From: Planctomycetota bacterium
GTDB taxonomy: Bacteria; Planctomycetota; Phycisphaerae; UBA1845; UTPLA1
Length of the DNA stretch: 64,000 bases
Assembly: GCA_016712275.1 (NCBI GenBank)
Contig: JADJRI010000009.1
Location: forward strand, 113,772 to 177,771
Direction of reading: 5' to 3'
Positions 20,562 to 29,776 of the stretch are shown piece after piece; the stretch's first letter is position 1, and the number at the start of each line of letters is the position of its first letter. Position numbers and translations under genes: made by a program. Under the pieces are notes generated by a model. That model was not told the origin of the DNA. It worked only from the letters and a program-made list of their open reading frames with translations, and did not search any database.

Positions 20562-21812
20562 TCAGTTCCCGCGCGTCAACCGGCCGCTGGCGCCCCGGTC
20601 CGGCTGGCTCGGCTTTGCCTTCGCTTCGTTCGATTCATCCATACGACGGTCGAAGAGCTCCACAATCTGGATTTGCTCCTTCTCGCGCGCGAGATCGATC
20701 GGCGTCAGGCCACGGATTGATTTTCGATCGGTCCTTGCGCCGTGCGTCAGCAGTGTTTCGGCCACGCCGACGCGACCGAACTCGGCGGCGTAATGCAGCG
20801 CCGTCATGCCGCGCCGATCGAATTCATTGACCCGGGCGCCCTTGTTGCAGAGCAACTGGACGACGTTGGTGGCGCCGGTGATCGATGCGATCATGATCGG
20901 CGTACGCATCTGGGTGTCCTTTACTTCGATATCAGCGCCCTGATCTATCAGCAACCGCGCGACGCTGGTCTGGCCGTTCATCGCCGCCCAGAAAAGCGGT
21001 GCTTTGAGTGCGCTGCCATTTCCGTTCAGCAGCGTCGGGTCTTTGTGCAGGAACGTCGTTGTTTCAGTGATCAATCCCAGGCCGGCGGCGGAGAGCACGG
21101 TTAATTCACCGCCATTCGCCTGGAGCATGGTTCCCGTCTCGATGTAGCCCGCGAAGACGGCCGCCTCCATCGGGTTCCATCCGGACTTCGATGACTTCGC
21201 GTTGACATCCGCACCATGGGCGAGCAGCGCGCGGACGATGGAGAGGTGACCCTCCTGTGCGGCGAGGTAGAGCGGCGTCTCGCCGAGGTCGTTTCTCGGA
21301 TCTACCTTTGCGCTTGCCGATCAGCGCTTCACCATTTCCAGCCGGTTGGCGTAGGCGGCGAGGTGAAGCGGCGCCCACTGGCCACGTTCCTCGCGGAAGG
21401 CGACGGTGCCGTCATCGCGGTCGATCTTCATGCGCGAGGGCCCGGTGACGAGATTCACGTTCGCGCCGCTGGCGAGCAGGAAGCTGAACGGCCCGAGCCG
21501 GTTCTTGCAGATGGAGATGTGAAGCGGCGTCATGCCGTCGGCATCGCGCGCGTTCAGCAGCGCCATGTCCTTCGCCAGCCACTTTCGAAGGTTATCGTTG
21601 TCGTCGTCGCGCACGGCTCGATGAATCGAGCGCGGCGCGGGCTCGGCGTGCACGCGTACGGACGAAACCGAAACTAACGCGATCATCAAGCACAGCGCGC
21701 GACTTGCGCGCGAATAGACTGTTTTTCGAGTGGCAGCGGACATGGACCACACCTCCTGTTGGCGGAAGGGCCGGCGATCGATCCTTCGACCGCATTCGCG
21801 GTGCCCCTTCAT
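20562..21812 (-). CDS. Secreted ankyrin-repeat protein interrupted by an in-frame TGA at 21318-21320
   Basis: The 21321..21812 ORF (signal peptide plus ankyrin repeats) and the 20562..21170 ORF (ankyrin repeats) are in the same phase. The intervening 48 codons also read as ankyrin repeats (SASAKVDPRNDLGETPLYLAAQEGHLSIVRALLAHGADVNAKS..). Only a single TGA separates them, at a position that is normally Leu in the repeat consensus. Confidence 0.6.
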
Positions 21813-22339
21813 TGTATGACTTTTCAGCGGCCGTCTCCATCCCTGCGGTCCGCTGCGCCGGAGGTAAACGCGAATTCAGCCTGCGCTTGAGTTGTGTTCA
21901 TTCGCGCCTGTGAATCGTTGGGTTCGGTATTTCGATGATTCAATACTGCGCAAGACATGCGCTCGTCCCCCGTGCATGAATCTCTTTCGGCCAATTAGCA
22001 TGCGAAACGTGAGCGAGCCGCCCGGCGATCAACGACCGGCGTGATTATGACTCGGTGATGGATTGATCGTCGAACATTCGGCATTGCCGGCCCCTTAGAA
22101 TGGCTGGGGTCCAGGAAGGGCATGCCTCGGTCCCATGGGGTTCACGTTTCGGCGGTTCCGCTGCCAGAAGTTGCTGCCAATGTGACACCGTGTCGAATTC
22201 AGCATACCGTAACCCGTTATTTTCAAACAAGTAACGATTCCGGTTCTAAAATGGAACAGGATGTGCAAGAGGGGTTTCCGCGCGACGGGTTTCGCCAGGC
22301 GATGACACCCTGCGCCAGAAAGGAAGCCGAACGAACGAC

Positions 22340-24992
22340 ATGAATGCCGAACGATTGACTGTCCGTTCCCTCGAAGCACTTCAAAACGCGGAGCGTCTGG
22401 CTCAGCAACTGAACCATGCCGAAATCTCCCCGGTTCATCTCCTGTCCGCGCTCGTCAACCCGACGCGGGCGCTGAACTCGCAGGGTGGCGAGAGTGACGA
22501 TTCGCTGGCGGTCCCGCTGCTTCAGAAGGCCGGTGCGTCGGTGCCGCAAATTCGAAGTCTGCTCGAAGCGGACCTGAGCCGACTTCCCAAGGTCAGCGGT
22601 TCGTCCGCGTCGATGTCCCGGGCATTTCAGCAGGTCCTGCAGGACGCGGAAGCCCTGGCGGGCAAGATGAAAGACCAGTACATCTCCGTCGAGCATCTGA
22701 TCCTCGCGCTCGCGGACGTGGCGAGCGACGCGAAGGAAATTCTCTCCGTCAGCGGCGGCCGCAAGGAGGCGCTTCAAGAGGCGCTCAAGCAGCTTCGCGG
22801 CGGCGCGACGGTCACCTCGCAGAATCCGGAGGACACGTTTCAGTCGCTCGAACGATACGGCAAGGATCTTCGTCGCGCTGGCGAGGCAGGGCAAGCTGGA
22901 TCCCGTCATCGGCCGTGACGACGAGGTGCGCCGTGTCATGCAGGTGCTCGCCCGGCGAACAAAAAATAATCCCGTGCTCATCGGCGAGCCGGGCGTCGGC
23001 AAGACCGCCATCGTTGAGGGGCTTGCCCAGCCGCATTCTTGATGGGGATGTTCCCGAGGCGCTGAAGAACAAGCGCGTGGTGGCGCTCGACATGGGCGCG
23101 CTGATCGCCGGGGCGAAGTATCGCGGCGAATTCGAGGAACGGCTCAAGGCGGTGGTGCGCGAGGTCGTCGAGTCGGCCGGGCAGGTAATTCTCTTCATCG
23201 ATGAACTTCACACCGTCGTGGGGGCAGGACGCGCCGAAGGGGCCGTTGACGCAGGCAATCTGCTGAAGCCCGCACTGGCGCGCGGCGAACTGCGCTGCAT
23301 CGGCGCGACCACGCTGGAGGAGTACCGCCAGCACATCGAAAGGACAAGCGCGCTCGAACGGCGCTTTCAGACGGTGTATGTCGGCGAGCCGACTGTGGAG
23401 GACACCATCGCAATTCTTCGCGGCCTCAAGCCGCGCTACGACGCGCACCACGGCGTGCGCATTCAGGACAGTGCGCTCGTCGCGGCCGCCACGCTGTCGC
23501 ATCGCTACATCAGCGGGCGACAGCTTCCTGACAAGGCGATCGACCTGATCGATGAGGCGGCCTCACGACTACGGATTGAAAACGACCCATGCCGGCGGAA
23601 CTGGATGTGCTGCGCCGTCGCCTGGCACAACTGGAAATCGAGCGGGAAGCGCTGAAGAAGGAGCGCGACGACGCAAGTCGCAAACAGCTCAAGCAGACTG
23701 AGAAGGACCTGGCCGACCTTAAGTCGGAGGATGCGGCGCTCACCGCGAAGTGGGAAAACGAAAAGAACGCCATCCTCGCGATCAAGCAGATCCGGGAGCA
23801 GATCGAGGCGAAGCACCTCGCGCTGGAGGAGGCGCGGCGCAAGTACGACTGGGGAACCGCTGCGCAGATTGAGAAGGGTGAAATCCCCGACCTTCAGCGG
23901 CAACTCGTCGACCGCGAGCACAAACTTGCTGAGCTTCACGAAAAGGGGGGCGGACTTCTGCGCGAAGAAGTTACGGCCGAGGAGATCGCTGAAATCGTCA
24001 GCAAATGGACCGGCGTGCCTGTCGCCCGAATGCTGGAAGGGGAGAAGGAAAAGCTTCTCAAGATGGAAGACCGGCTGCACGAGCGCGTCATCGGCCAGGC
24101 CGAAGCGGTCCGGGCTGTGTCGGACGCGGTGCGCCGATCACGCGCGGGACTCGGCGACCCCAACCGGCCGATCGGATCGTTTCTCTTTCTCGGTCCGACC
24201 GGCGTCGGCAAGACCGAACTCTGCAAGGCGCTGGCGCAGTTTCTGTTCGACGACGAGGCGGCGTTTGTGCGCATCGACATGAGCGAATTCATGGAGCAGC
24301 ATAGCGTCGCGCGGCTGATCGGCGCGCCGCCGGGATATGTCGGCTACGAGGAGGGCGGGCGCCTGACCGAGGCGGTTCATCGACGGCCGTACTGCGTGAT
24401 CCTGCTCGACGAGGTTGAGAAGGCGCATCGCGATGTGTTCAACGTGCTCCTGCAGGTGCTCGACGATGGCCGACTGACGGACGGTCACGGGCGGACCGTG
24501 GACTTTCGCAACACGATCATCGCGATGACGAGCAACATCGGCAGCGAGCACATCGCGCGACTGTCGGGTTCGAGTGATGATTCCGCGGGAGCCGGCCGCA
24601 GTGAGCCGGCGGATATCGAGATCGAAATGGCGGTTCGCGAAGAACTGAAGAGGCACTTCCGGCCCGAGTTTTTGAATCGCATCGATGAGACGATCATTTT
24701 CCATCGCCTGTCGCGCGAGGACCTTGTTCGCATCGTGGATGTTCAGACGGATTACCTGCGGCGAAGACTCGCGTCCCGCGATATGACGCTGACGATTACC
24801 CAGCCCGCGAAGGACAAACTCGCCCGCGACGGGTATGACCCGGCGTACGGCGCGCGGCCTTTGAAGCGGCTGATCCAGCAGGAGATCGAGAATCCGCTGG
24901 CGCGGCGCATCCTGGCGGGTGAGTTCGCGGCGGGAGATGGGATCACTGTGTCAACGAACGGCGGCGATGCGTTTCATTTTGAGAAGGGGTGA
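22340..24992 (+). CDS. clpB: Chaperone ClpB (AAA+ disaggregase), split into three ORFs by frameshifts near 22870, 23025 and 23585
   Basis: The Clp N domain is present ([35 protein letters not shown]), followed by NBD1 with the Walker A motif ([16 protein letters not shown]), then [24 protein letters not shown], the M-domain coiled coil, and NBD2 ([28 protein letters not shown], sensor 2). Each break can be repaired by a 1-nt indel, for example CCC vs CCCC at 23585. Confidence 0.85.
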
Positions 24993-25197
24993 CATTAACG
25001 GACATGAGCCTGATCGTGATGCTCCATGTCACGTGAGGATATGCGCATAAGCATGGCGACATCCTGATTCTGCGCGACTGGCATCGGAAGTCAGCATCGC
25101 ATCCTCGCGGAGCCGATGCCTCACGACTGGCATAAGGCCCAATTTCAGAATTGGTAGGTCGGTAGAAAAACAGACCCCGACTACGACTATTCCACAG

Positions 25198-25955
25198 TCA
25201 CGCTCCTGCAGGACGCTCCGAGATTGGTGGCTCGAACAGGTCGATCCACCCTTCACCGCTATTTATGCAAACATCGAGCGCAGCGATGTAGTCTACAATC
25301 CAGGGAAAGCTCGGCTTGATTTCATCAACGTTGTTCGCGAGCCCTTGACGCATGTAAGCCAGCACCGATGGTCCGGGGAGCGGATCGTTCGTCCAGTCCC
25401 GCGGCTCGGGGAGCGAAACCCCAGCCAGGGATGAGATCTCAGTCCTGGCAGTCTGCCAATCGAAACGATCGTGACTCAGATCCAGCGTGTAGGCCAGCGC
25501 CACATGTCGCCTCGCGCAGGATTGTCAAGTTCGAGGAATGCTCTCGCCGCGAATCTGCTCAGGCCGGGCTTGCCCAATTCGGCTTCACAGAGATTCCGTA
25601 CCAAAGCTTGTGCCGCGATCAGACCCTCGTTTTCGATGACTGCGTCTACTCGAAAAGGGAGCGGGTCATGACAAGAAGTTCGATTGGAAAAAATAATGTA
25701 TTCGACCTGCCCAAGCCGGGTCTTGAATTCATCGTCGTACTCACGGCCCGTCATTCGGACAAGAACTCCGTTCAGCACTCCACCCAGTGTGATCGTAACC
25801 TCATTGAAACCAATCACATATTCGGGCCCATCGTACCACCGCAGGAACCATCTCTGTGACCGCTCCAGCGTCCACCCCAGCAGTTCCGCCAGTCGCCTTG
25901 AATACCACGAGCAATAGGACAAGTCCTCGGCCACCGCTATGAAGTTGCGAGTCAT
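25198..25955 (-). CDS. Hypothetical protein (two overlapping ORFs in different frames, likely one frameshifted gene). The first gene of lower-GC island 1.
   Basis: The ORFs 25476..25955 and 25198..25503 overlap by 28 nt, and both look protein-like. I recognise no family. Local GC is visibly lower than the flanks. Confidence 0.35.
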
Positions 25956-26047
25956 AGTTTATTCAACTTCCGCAGTAATCGGGACATTCTGAGTTTTTGA
26001 GATTTTAGAATTTCCTCTTCTTGTCCTCTTGCACTTCATGCCAACGC

Positions 26048-26852
26048 TCAGCCCATTTCTCCATGGCCCGTAACGATAATGCGCTTCTGATTGGCAACTT
26101 TGACCGTTTTCACATACTTGCCATGCCTGACGAGTTCAAATCTCGTTTCGAAATTGAACTCATAGTTCCCAGGATTCAGCGCGACGTCGACAAGATAAGT
26201 CCCTTTCCCTGCCCCGGAACCCGATTTGAACTGATAGTTCAGACCCCTCACATTTAAGGGTTGATTGAGTGACTCGACGGATGCCGAGGCGCCGACGTTG
26301 CAGACTTCGAGGCCGCGATCAGCGCGCGGTTTCTCAAATTCGACCGAGACCCGCAAGGCGTCATTTGTTCTGATTTCCGAGTCGCACCGGAACGCTCCCG
26401 GTGTGATGATCTGGTCGTAATATCGAGCCTGCAGGTCCTGGCGGAAGCTGATTGCTGACGTCCGCTGATTCAAGGAGCGCAATCCAGCCCCTCGTTACAG
26501 GGGCGTCAGTGGGTTGATCCACTTGTTTTTCGAGAGCGAGCAAGAGCAGCGCCTGTGACTCATCGAATGAAAGCTGGCTGGTTGTCAGAAGATCTTCCAG
26601 CTGGCGAATGGCTCTTCGGTCACCGGCTTTTGCATCGTCATACAGAGACGAGACTGGAGCGTCGCCCGTCGCGACCGGAGGATGAGCTTTCTGCTCGCTC
26701 AAGCATCCGGCGGAAGCAAGTGGAATCAAGAGGACTGCACAGAGCGGTAAGGTGAGTGATCGGCCCATGGCTCGTGTGCCTCCTGTCGCTGACTCGCGGG
26801 GACGAACTGTCCTGCCTTTGTAGATCATACAACAACGAAACGCGAATTTCAC
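26048..26852 (-). CDS. Putative lipoprotein, beta-rich, frameshifted near 26380-26480
   Basis: The N-terminus has a signal peptide and lipobox (LLIPLASAGC). The C-terminal half continues in another frame (RTSAISFRQDLQARYYDQIITPGAFRCDSEIR...NYEFNFETRFELVRHGKYVKTVKVANQKRIIV). Confidence 0.4.
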
Positions 26853-27124
26853 ATGCTGCCGCGACCCGGGTCGTTGGCGACCAGCGCTTTCTTGAACGGA
26901 GGGGGAACTTCGCGGGCGGCGGGTAGACTTCCGAAGGCGCTACGGGAGAATGGCGACGTTCTCAATATATCAAGAGTCGAATCTCGGGCTCTTTCCCTAG
27001 TCGTCTGACCACTATTCGTGCCGCGAATTCGTGTGCGAAATTCGAGAGCCTTCATCGCGCGGAATCCCGCGTCGATTTCGAACACGACGCCCGCCGACCC
27101 CGGCGGCACGCCGGGCCCCGCCTG

Positions 27125-28036
27125 CTAAATCCGCTCTCCGCACTCCGGACATCGTGGCTCGACGAGGGATTTGAGGACGTACTGACACCGGCGGCAACGG
27201 GTTTCGTAATCCAGCAGGCTGACTTTTGAAGCGACCCACAACGCAATCGCGACGCCGATCGCAGCGGGAGCGATCGGGGCGAAAAATGGGTATGCTTCCG
27301 AGTCCACAATTCTTGGCATGAGCATTTGCGCGAAGCCGTGCAATCCCGGCGATGCAAGGAACGCGGCTGCCAGTCCCCCTGCGAAGGCCCGCACGATTCT
27401 GCCCCGTCGGACCTTCGCCCGATTCTGATCCGCACGAAAACGCGCATTCTCGAATGTGCCGCCCACTTCAACTGTCTGGAGGCGGTGGTGGGTCTTGATC
27501 ATATCAAGGCACGAATCAAACGATCCCTCCACGATAGCCGCCTGAGGAAGAATGATCGCTCCGGTGTTTGCGGTGAACACAAAAAGGCAATTGCCTTTCT
27601 CAACGATCTCCTTGATTTCATCCCAGGGATAGCGCAACGTCTCGTTGGCGGTCATTGTTGTCACGCCGACGGCATCGACGACCATTTCCGTCGGCCGCCC
27701 GAGGTTGGGAATCGCCCCCTGTTCAATTGCCGATTTAAGTCGTTTTACGTAGTCCTTGCGAATCGAGCCGGACAGTGTGAGAAGAAAGTACACAAAGATA
27801 AGACCGCAGATGAGAATCGCGAACCAACCCTCCTTGTACGCGAGACCGAGCCCGACGAGCGGCACTAGAATCAGGTACTTTCGTGCCCGGCCGATCTGTT
27901 CCCGGATGCGCGGATCGATCTCCGACAGGACTTGCGCTCCTGCGAGTAGCGAGTCGGCATCGAGCTGATAGACGATTCGAACGCCTGTCGTTCCAGATGC
28001 GCCCGTTGATGCGGTGAGATTCGACGCAGGCTCCAT
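27125..28036 (-). CDS. Membrane protein with a YcxB-like (bacterial PH-like) domain, four predicted TM helices and a C-terminal CxxC...CPECG zinc ribbon. Candidate retron effector.
   Basis: TM hairpin 1 is KYLILVPLVGLGLAYKEGWFAILICGLIFVYFLLTL. The YcxB-like core is LRYPWDEIKEIVEKGNCLFVFTANTGAIILPQAAIVEGSFDSCLDMI. TM hairpin 2 is IVRAFAGGLAAAFLA...FFAPIAPAAIGVAIALWVA. The C-terminus is ETRCRRCQYVLKSLVEPRCPECGERI. The gene starts 32 nt downstream of the RT stop on the same strand. Confidence 0.6.
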   Translation of the reverse strand: MEPASNLTASTGASGTTGVRIVYQLDADSLLAGAQVLSEIDPRIREQIGRARKYLILVPLVGLGLAYKEGWFAILICGLIFVYFLLTLSGSIRKDYVKRLKSAIEQGAIPNLGRPTEMVVDAVGVTTMTANETLRYPWDEIKEIVEKGNCLFVFTANTGAIILPQAAIVEGSFDSCLDMIKTHHRLQTVEVGGTFENARFRADQNRAKVRRGRIVRAFAGGLAAAFLASPGLHGFAQMLMPRIVDSEAYPFFAPIAPAAIGVAIALWVASKVSLLDYETRCRRCQYVLKSLVEPRCPECGERI

Positions 28037-28068
28037 GAGTTGATCGCTTTCTAATCCCGAGAGCCTGT

Positions 28069-29385
28069 CTAAGAGACGGCCCGAATTGCCTCAACTAATT
28101 TTCGCCCCCGCTCCGGATTCAGCTGCGCCACATGCGCCGCCCGGCCCAGCAGGTAGGCCCGGAAGTCCGGCCGGTGGTCGCGGTTCTGTGCGTCGAGCCC
28201 GGTCTTTCGCGCGTTGTGGATGATCGCCTTGAGCCGGTCATATTCGTCGCGCGCCACGTTCACTCGTTGGTTCACCACGACGCCCGTCACCTGCTGCCGC
28301 TGGCCGGATCGCATGAATCGGCGCTTCACATAGTTTTCAGAGAAGCCTTCAAGCCGAATGATCATGTGAAGGTGGTCCAGGAATCGCTTCATGCCGCGTT
28401 TGAAACGTTCATCGCCTGAGAATGTCAGATCGTCGGCATATCGGGTGTATTCGGCGTCGAACTTCTTCGCGAGGCCAGTCAGCCGACGGTCGAGTCGAAG
28501 GCAGGCGAGATTCGCGAGTGCGGGACTCGTCGGCGCGCCCTGCACCGCATGTCTGCGAATCCGCTGCATTTCCCATTGACCGTCAAGCCCGCGACTCGCC
28601 TCGCCCAGCTGCGGCGCGTGCGTACAGAGCCGTGCGAGCCAGCGAGAGACTTCGCTGCCGTATCCAAGGTGGCGAAAGACGCCATAGACCTGCTGAATGC
28701 GAATGTGCTCGAAGAAGTTCCTTAGATCAAGATTCACGACGAGCTTCCGCCCGACATGGCCGGCCGCGTTGGTGGCGATCGACCGCGTACGAACGAAGCC
28801 ATGGGCGGCCATGTGAACCGGCGCGCGATCGAGTATCTCCGCTTTGATCTTGCGCTGAATCGCCTTCAGGCGAGGCTTCGGACTGCAAATCACGCGAAGG
28901 CCTGCGCGGCGCTTCTTCACCGTCCATTCGACGTAGTTAGATTTGCCGGGGCGGACACGGCGTTCCGGATTCGCCAACGGGAGTAGCGATTTCAAATCTA
29001 CGCCCAGCCAGCGCAGGATGTCGGCCGTGTCCTTGAGCACCGGTATTCCGAGATCGCCGAGCTTCTGAGCGTTTGACGGCTTCTGAGGAAGCCGCTTCGA
29101 GCCCGGCAGCCAGACGCGCTCGCGGGTGACCCGCTCTCGGAGTTCTCCAACACCGTCGCCTTTGCGTTCGCACCGCCATCGCCGGCCGCCAAGGCTGTCC
29201 CATTTTTCGCTTTCGCTCCCAGCGCGTCGATATGCATAGCGCAGAAAAATCGCGACGCTCAGAAAGACGCCGAGTGGTATGCCGTAGCAAGCCCATGTTG
29301 TTGGTGCGAGTGCCAGCATGATTGGCGGCCCGAAACTCGATCGCGCGCTTTCGAAGCGGTGCGCGGTGTGTGGAGAGAAAAACAA
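28069..29385 (-). CDS. Retron-type reverse transcriptase (Ec86-like)
   Basis: It aligns by eye with Ec86 RT along its whole length: LGDLGIPVLKDTADILRWLGV vs NLGLPVMNNLHDMSKATRI; the retron-specific NAxxH motif (SIATNAAGHVG); motifs 1-2 (LVVNLDLRNFFEHIRIQQVYGVFRHLGY); motif 4 (QGAPTSPALANLACLRLDRRL); the YADDLTFSGD catalytic motif; and the retron VTG motif (GQRQQVTGVVVNQ). The first 22 codons start from TTG, and the first ATG is at 29319. Residues about 25-50 are hydrophobic (ALAPTTWACYGIPLGVFLSVAIFL), so the N-terminal extension may not be translated or may overlap the ncRNA. Confidence 0.8.
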   Translation of the reverse strand: MFFSPHTAHRFESARSSFGPPIMLALAPTTWACYGIPLGVFLSVAIFLRYAYRRAGSESEKWDSLGGRRWRCERKGDGVGELRERVTRERVWLPGSKRLPQKPSNAQKLGDLGIPVLKDTADILRWLGVDLKSLLPLANPERRVRPGKSNYVEWTVKKRRAGLRVICSPKPRLKAIQRKIKAEILDRAPVHMAAHGFVRTRSIATNAAGHVGRKLVVNLDLRNFFEHIRIQQVYGVFRHLGYGSEVSRWLARLCTHAPQLGEASRGLDGQWEMQRIRRHAVQGAPTSPALANLACLRLDRRLTGLAKKFDAEYTRYADDLTFSGDERFKRGMKRFLDHLHMIIRLEGFSENYVKRRFMRSGQRQQVTGVVVNQRVNVARDEYDRLKAIIHNARKTGLDAQNRDHRPDFRAYLLGRAAHVAQLNPERGRKLVEAIRAVS

Positions 29386-29720
29386 GCGCGGGGCGGAGTT
29401 TTACAACGCTCGGTCGTCGCGGCTGACGACGGTCCTCGCGACCGTCGCGGACCGCGACACTTCAGGAACGGCAGCGAAGCGGCTCGCTCGGGGTAACCCC
29501 GAACATCCTCGTAAGAGGACCCTAAAACGCCCGGTCCCGCGCTGAATTGCAGCCTATGAAATCAGGTCGCGCCAGTCAAGCTGAAGGGCGGGTCGCGGCG
29601 TTCGTCGGCGCGGATCGTGCTTCCCGGTCGTTTCCCAGCGTCGCGTCCATCTATCGTCGGCTTCCCCATGCACGGCGCGCGTTCAGCTGGATTGGCGGGG
29701 CAATTGGCCGATATTAGCAT
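29386..29720 (-). ncRNA. Candidate retron msr/msd non-coding RNA region (location inferred; a1/a2 repeats not resolved)
   Basis: This is a non-coding, hairpin-dense stretch upstream of the RT on the same strand. In minus-strand orientation it contains nested perfect stems: gtcgcgg-tc-cgcgac, cgacggtc-gcgag-gaccgtcg, gtcgtc-agccgc-gacgac, tcgggg-tta-ccccga and agggtcctc...gaggaccgt. There is a TAATAT -10-like box near 29705 on the minus strand. Retron ncRNAs normally sit in exactly this position. Confidence 0.3.
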
Positions 29721-29776
29721 GGTGCGATGGCGTCCAGCGCCGAGTCGCCGCAGTCCGCCGCTTTTCGGAGTTCCGC

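Noticed and set aside
21318-21320. Selenocysteine or other recoding of the in-frame TGA in the ankyrin gene
   Set aside because: No SECIS-like hairpin was evident immediately downstream. TGA is used as an ordinary stop throughout the window. The position aligns to a structural Leu and not to a redox-active site.
21900-22340. Looked for a CIRCE/HrcA operator or other heat-shock element upstream of clpB
   Set aside because: No TTAGCACTC-N9-GAGTGCTAA-like inverted repeat is present. There is only a partial ttagca. Sigma-32-type promoter assignment is not possible by eye.
29321-29700. A 9-bp direct repeat GATTGGCGG at 29321 and 29691 flanking the putative retron ncRNA region, considered as a target-site duplication
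   Set aside because: A 9-mer match within about 400 bp of GC-rich DNA is expected by chance with appreciable probability. The repeat is direct and not inverted, so it cannot be a1/a2.
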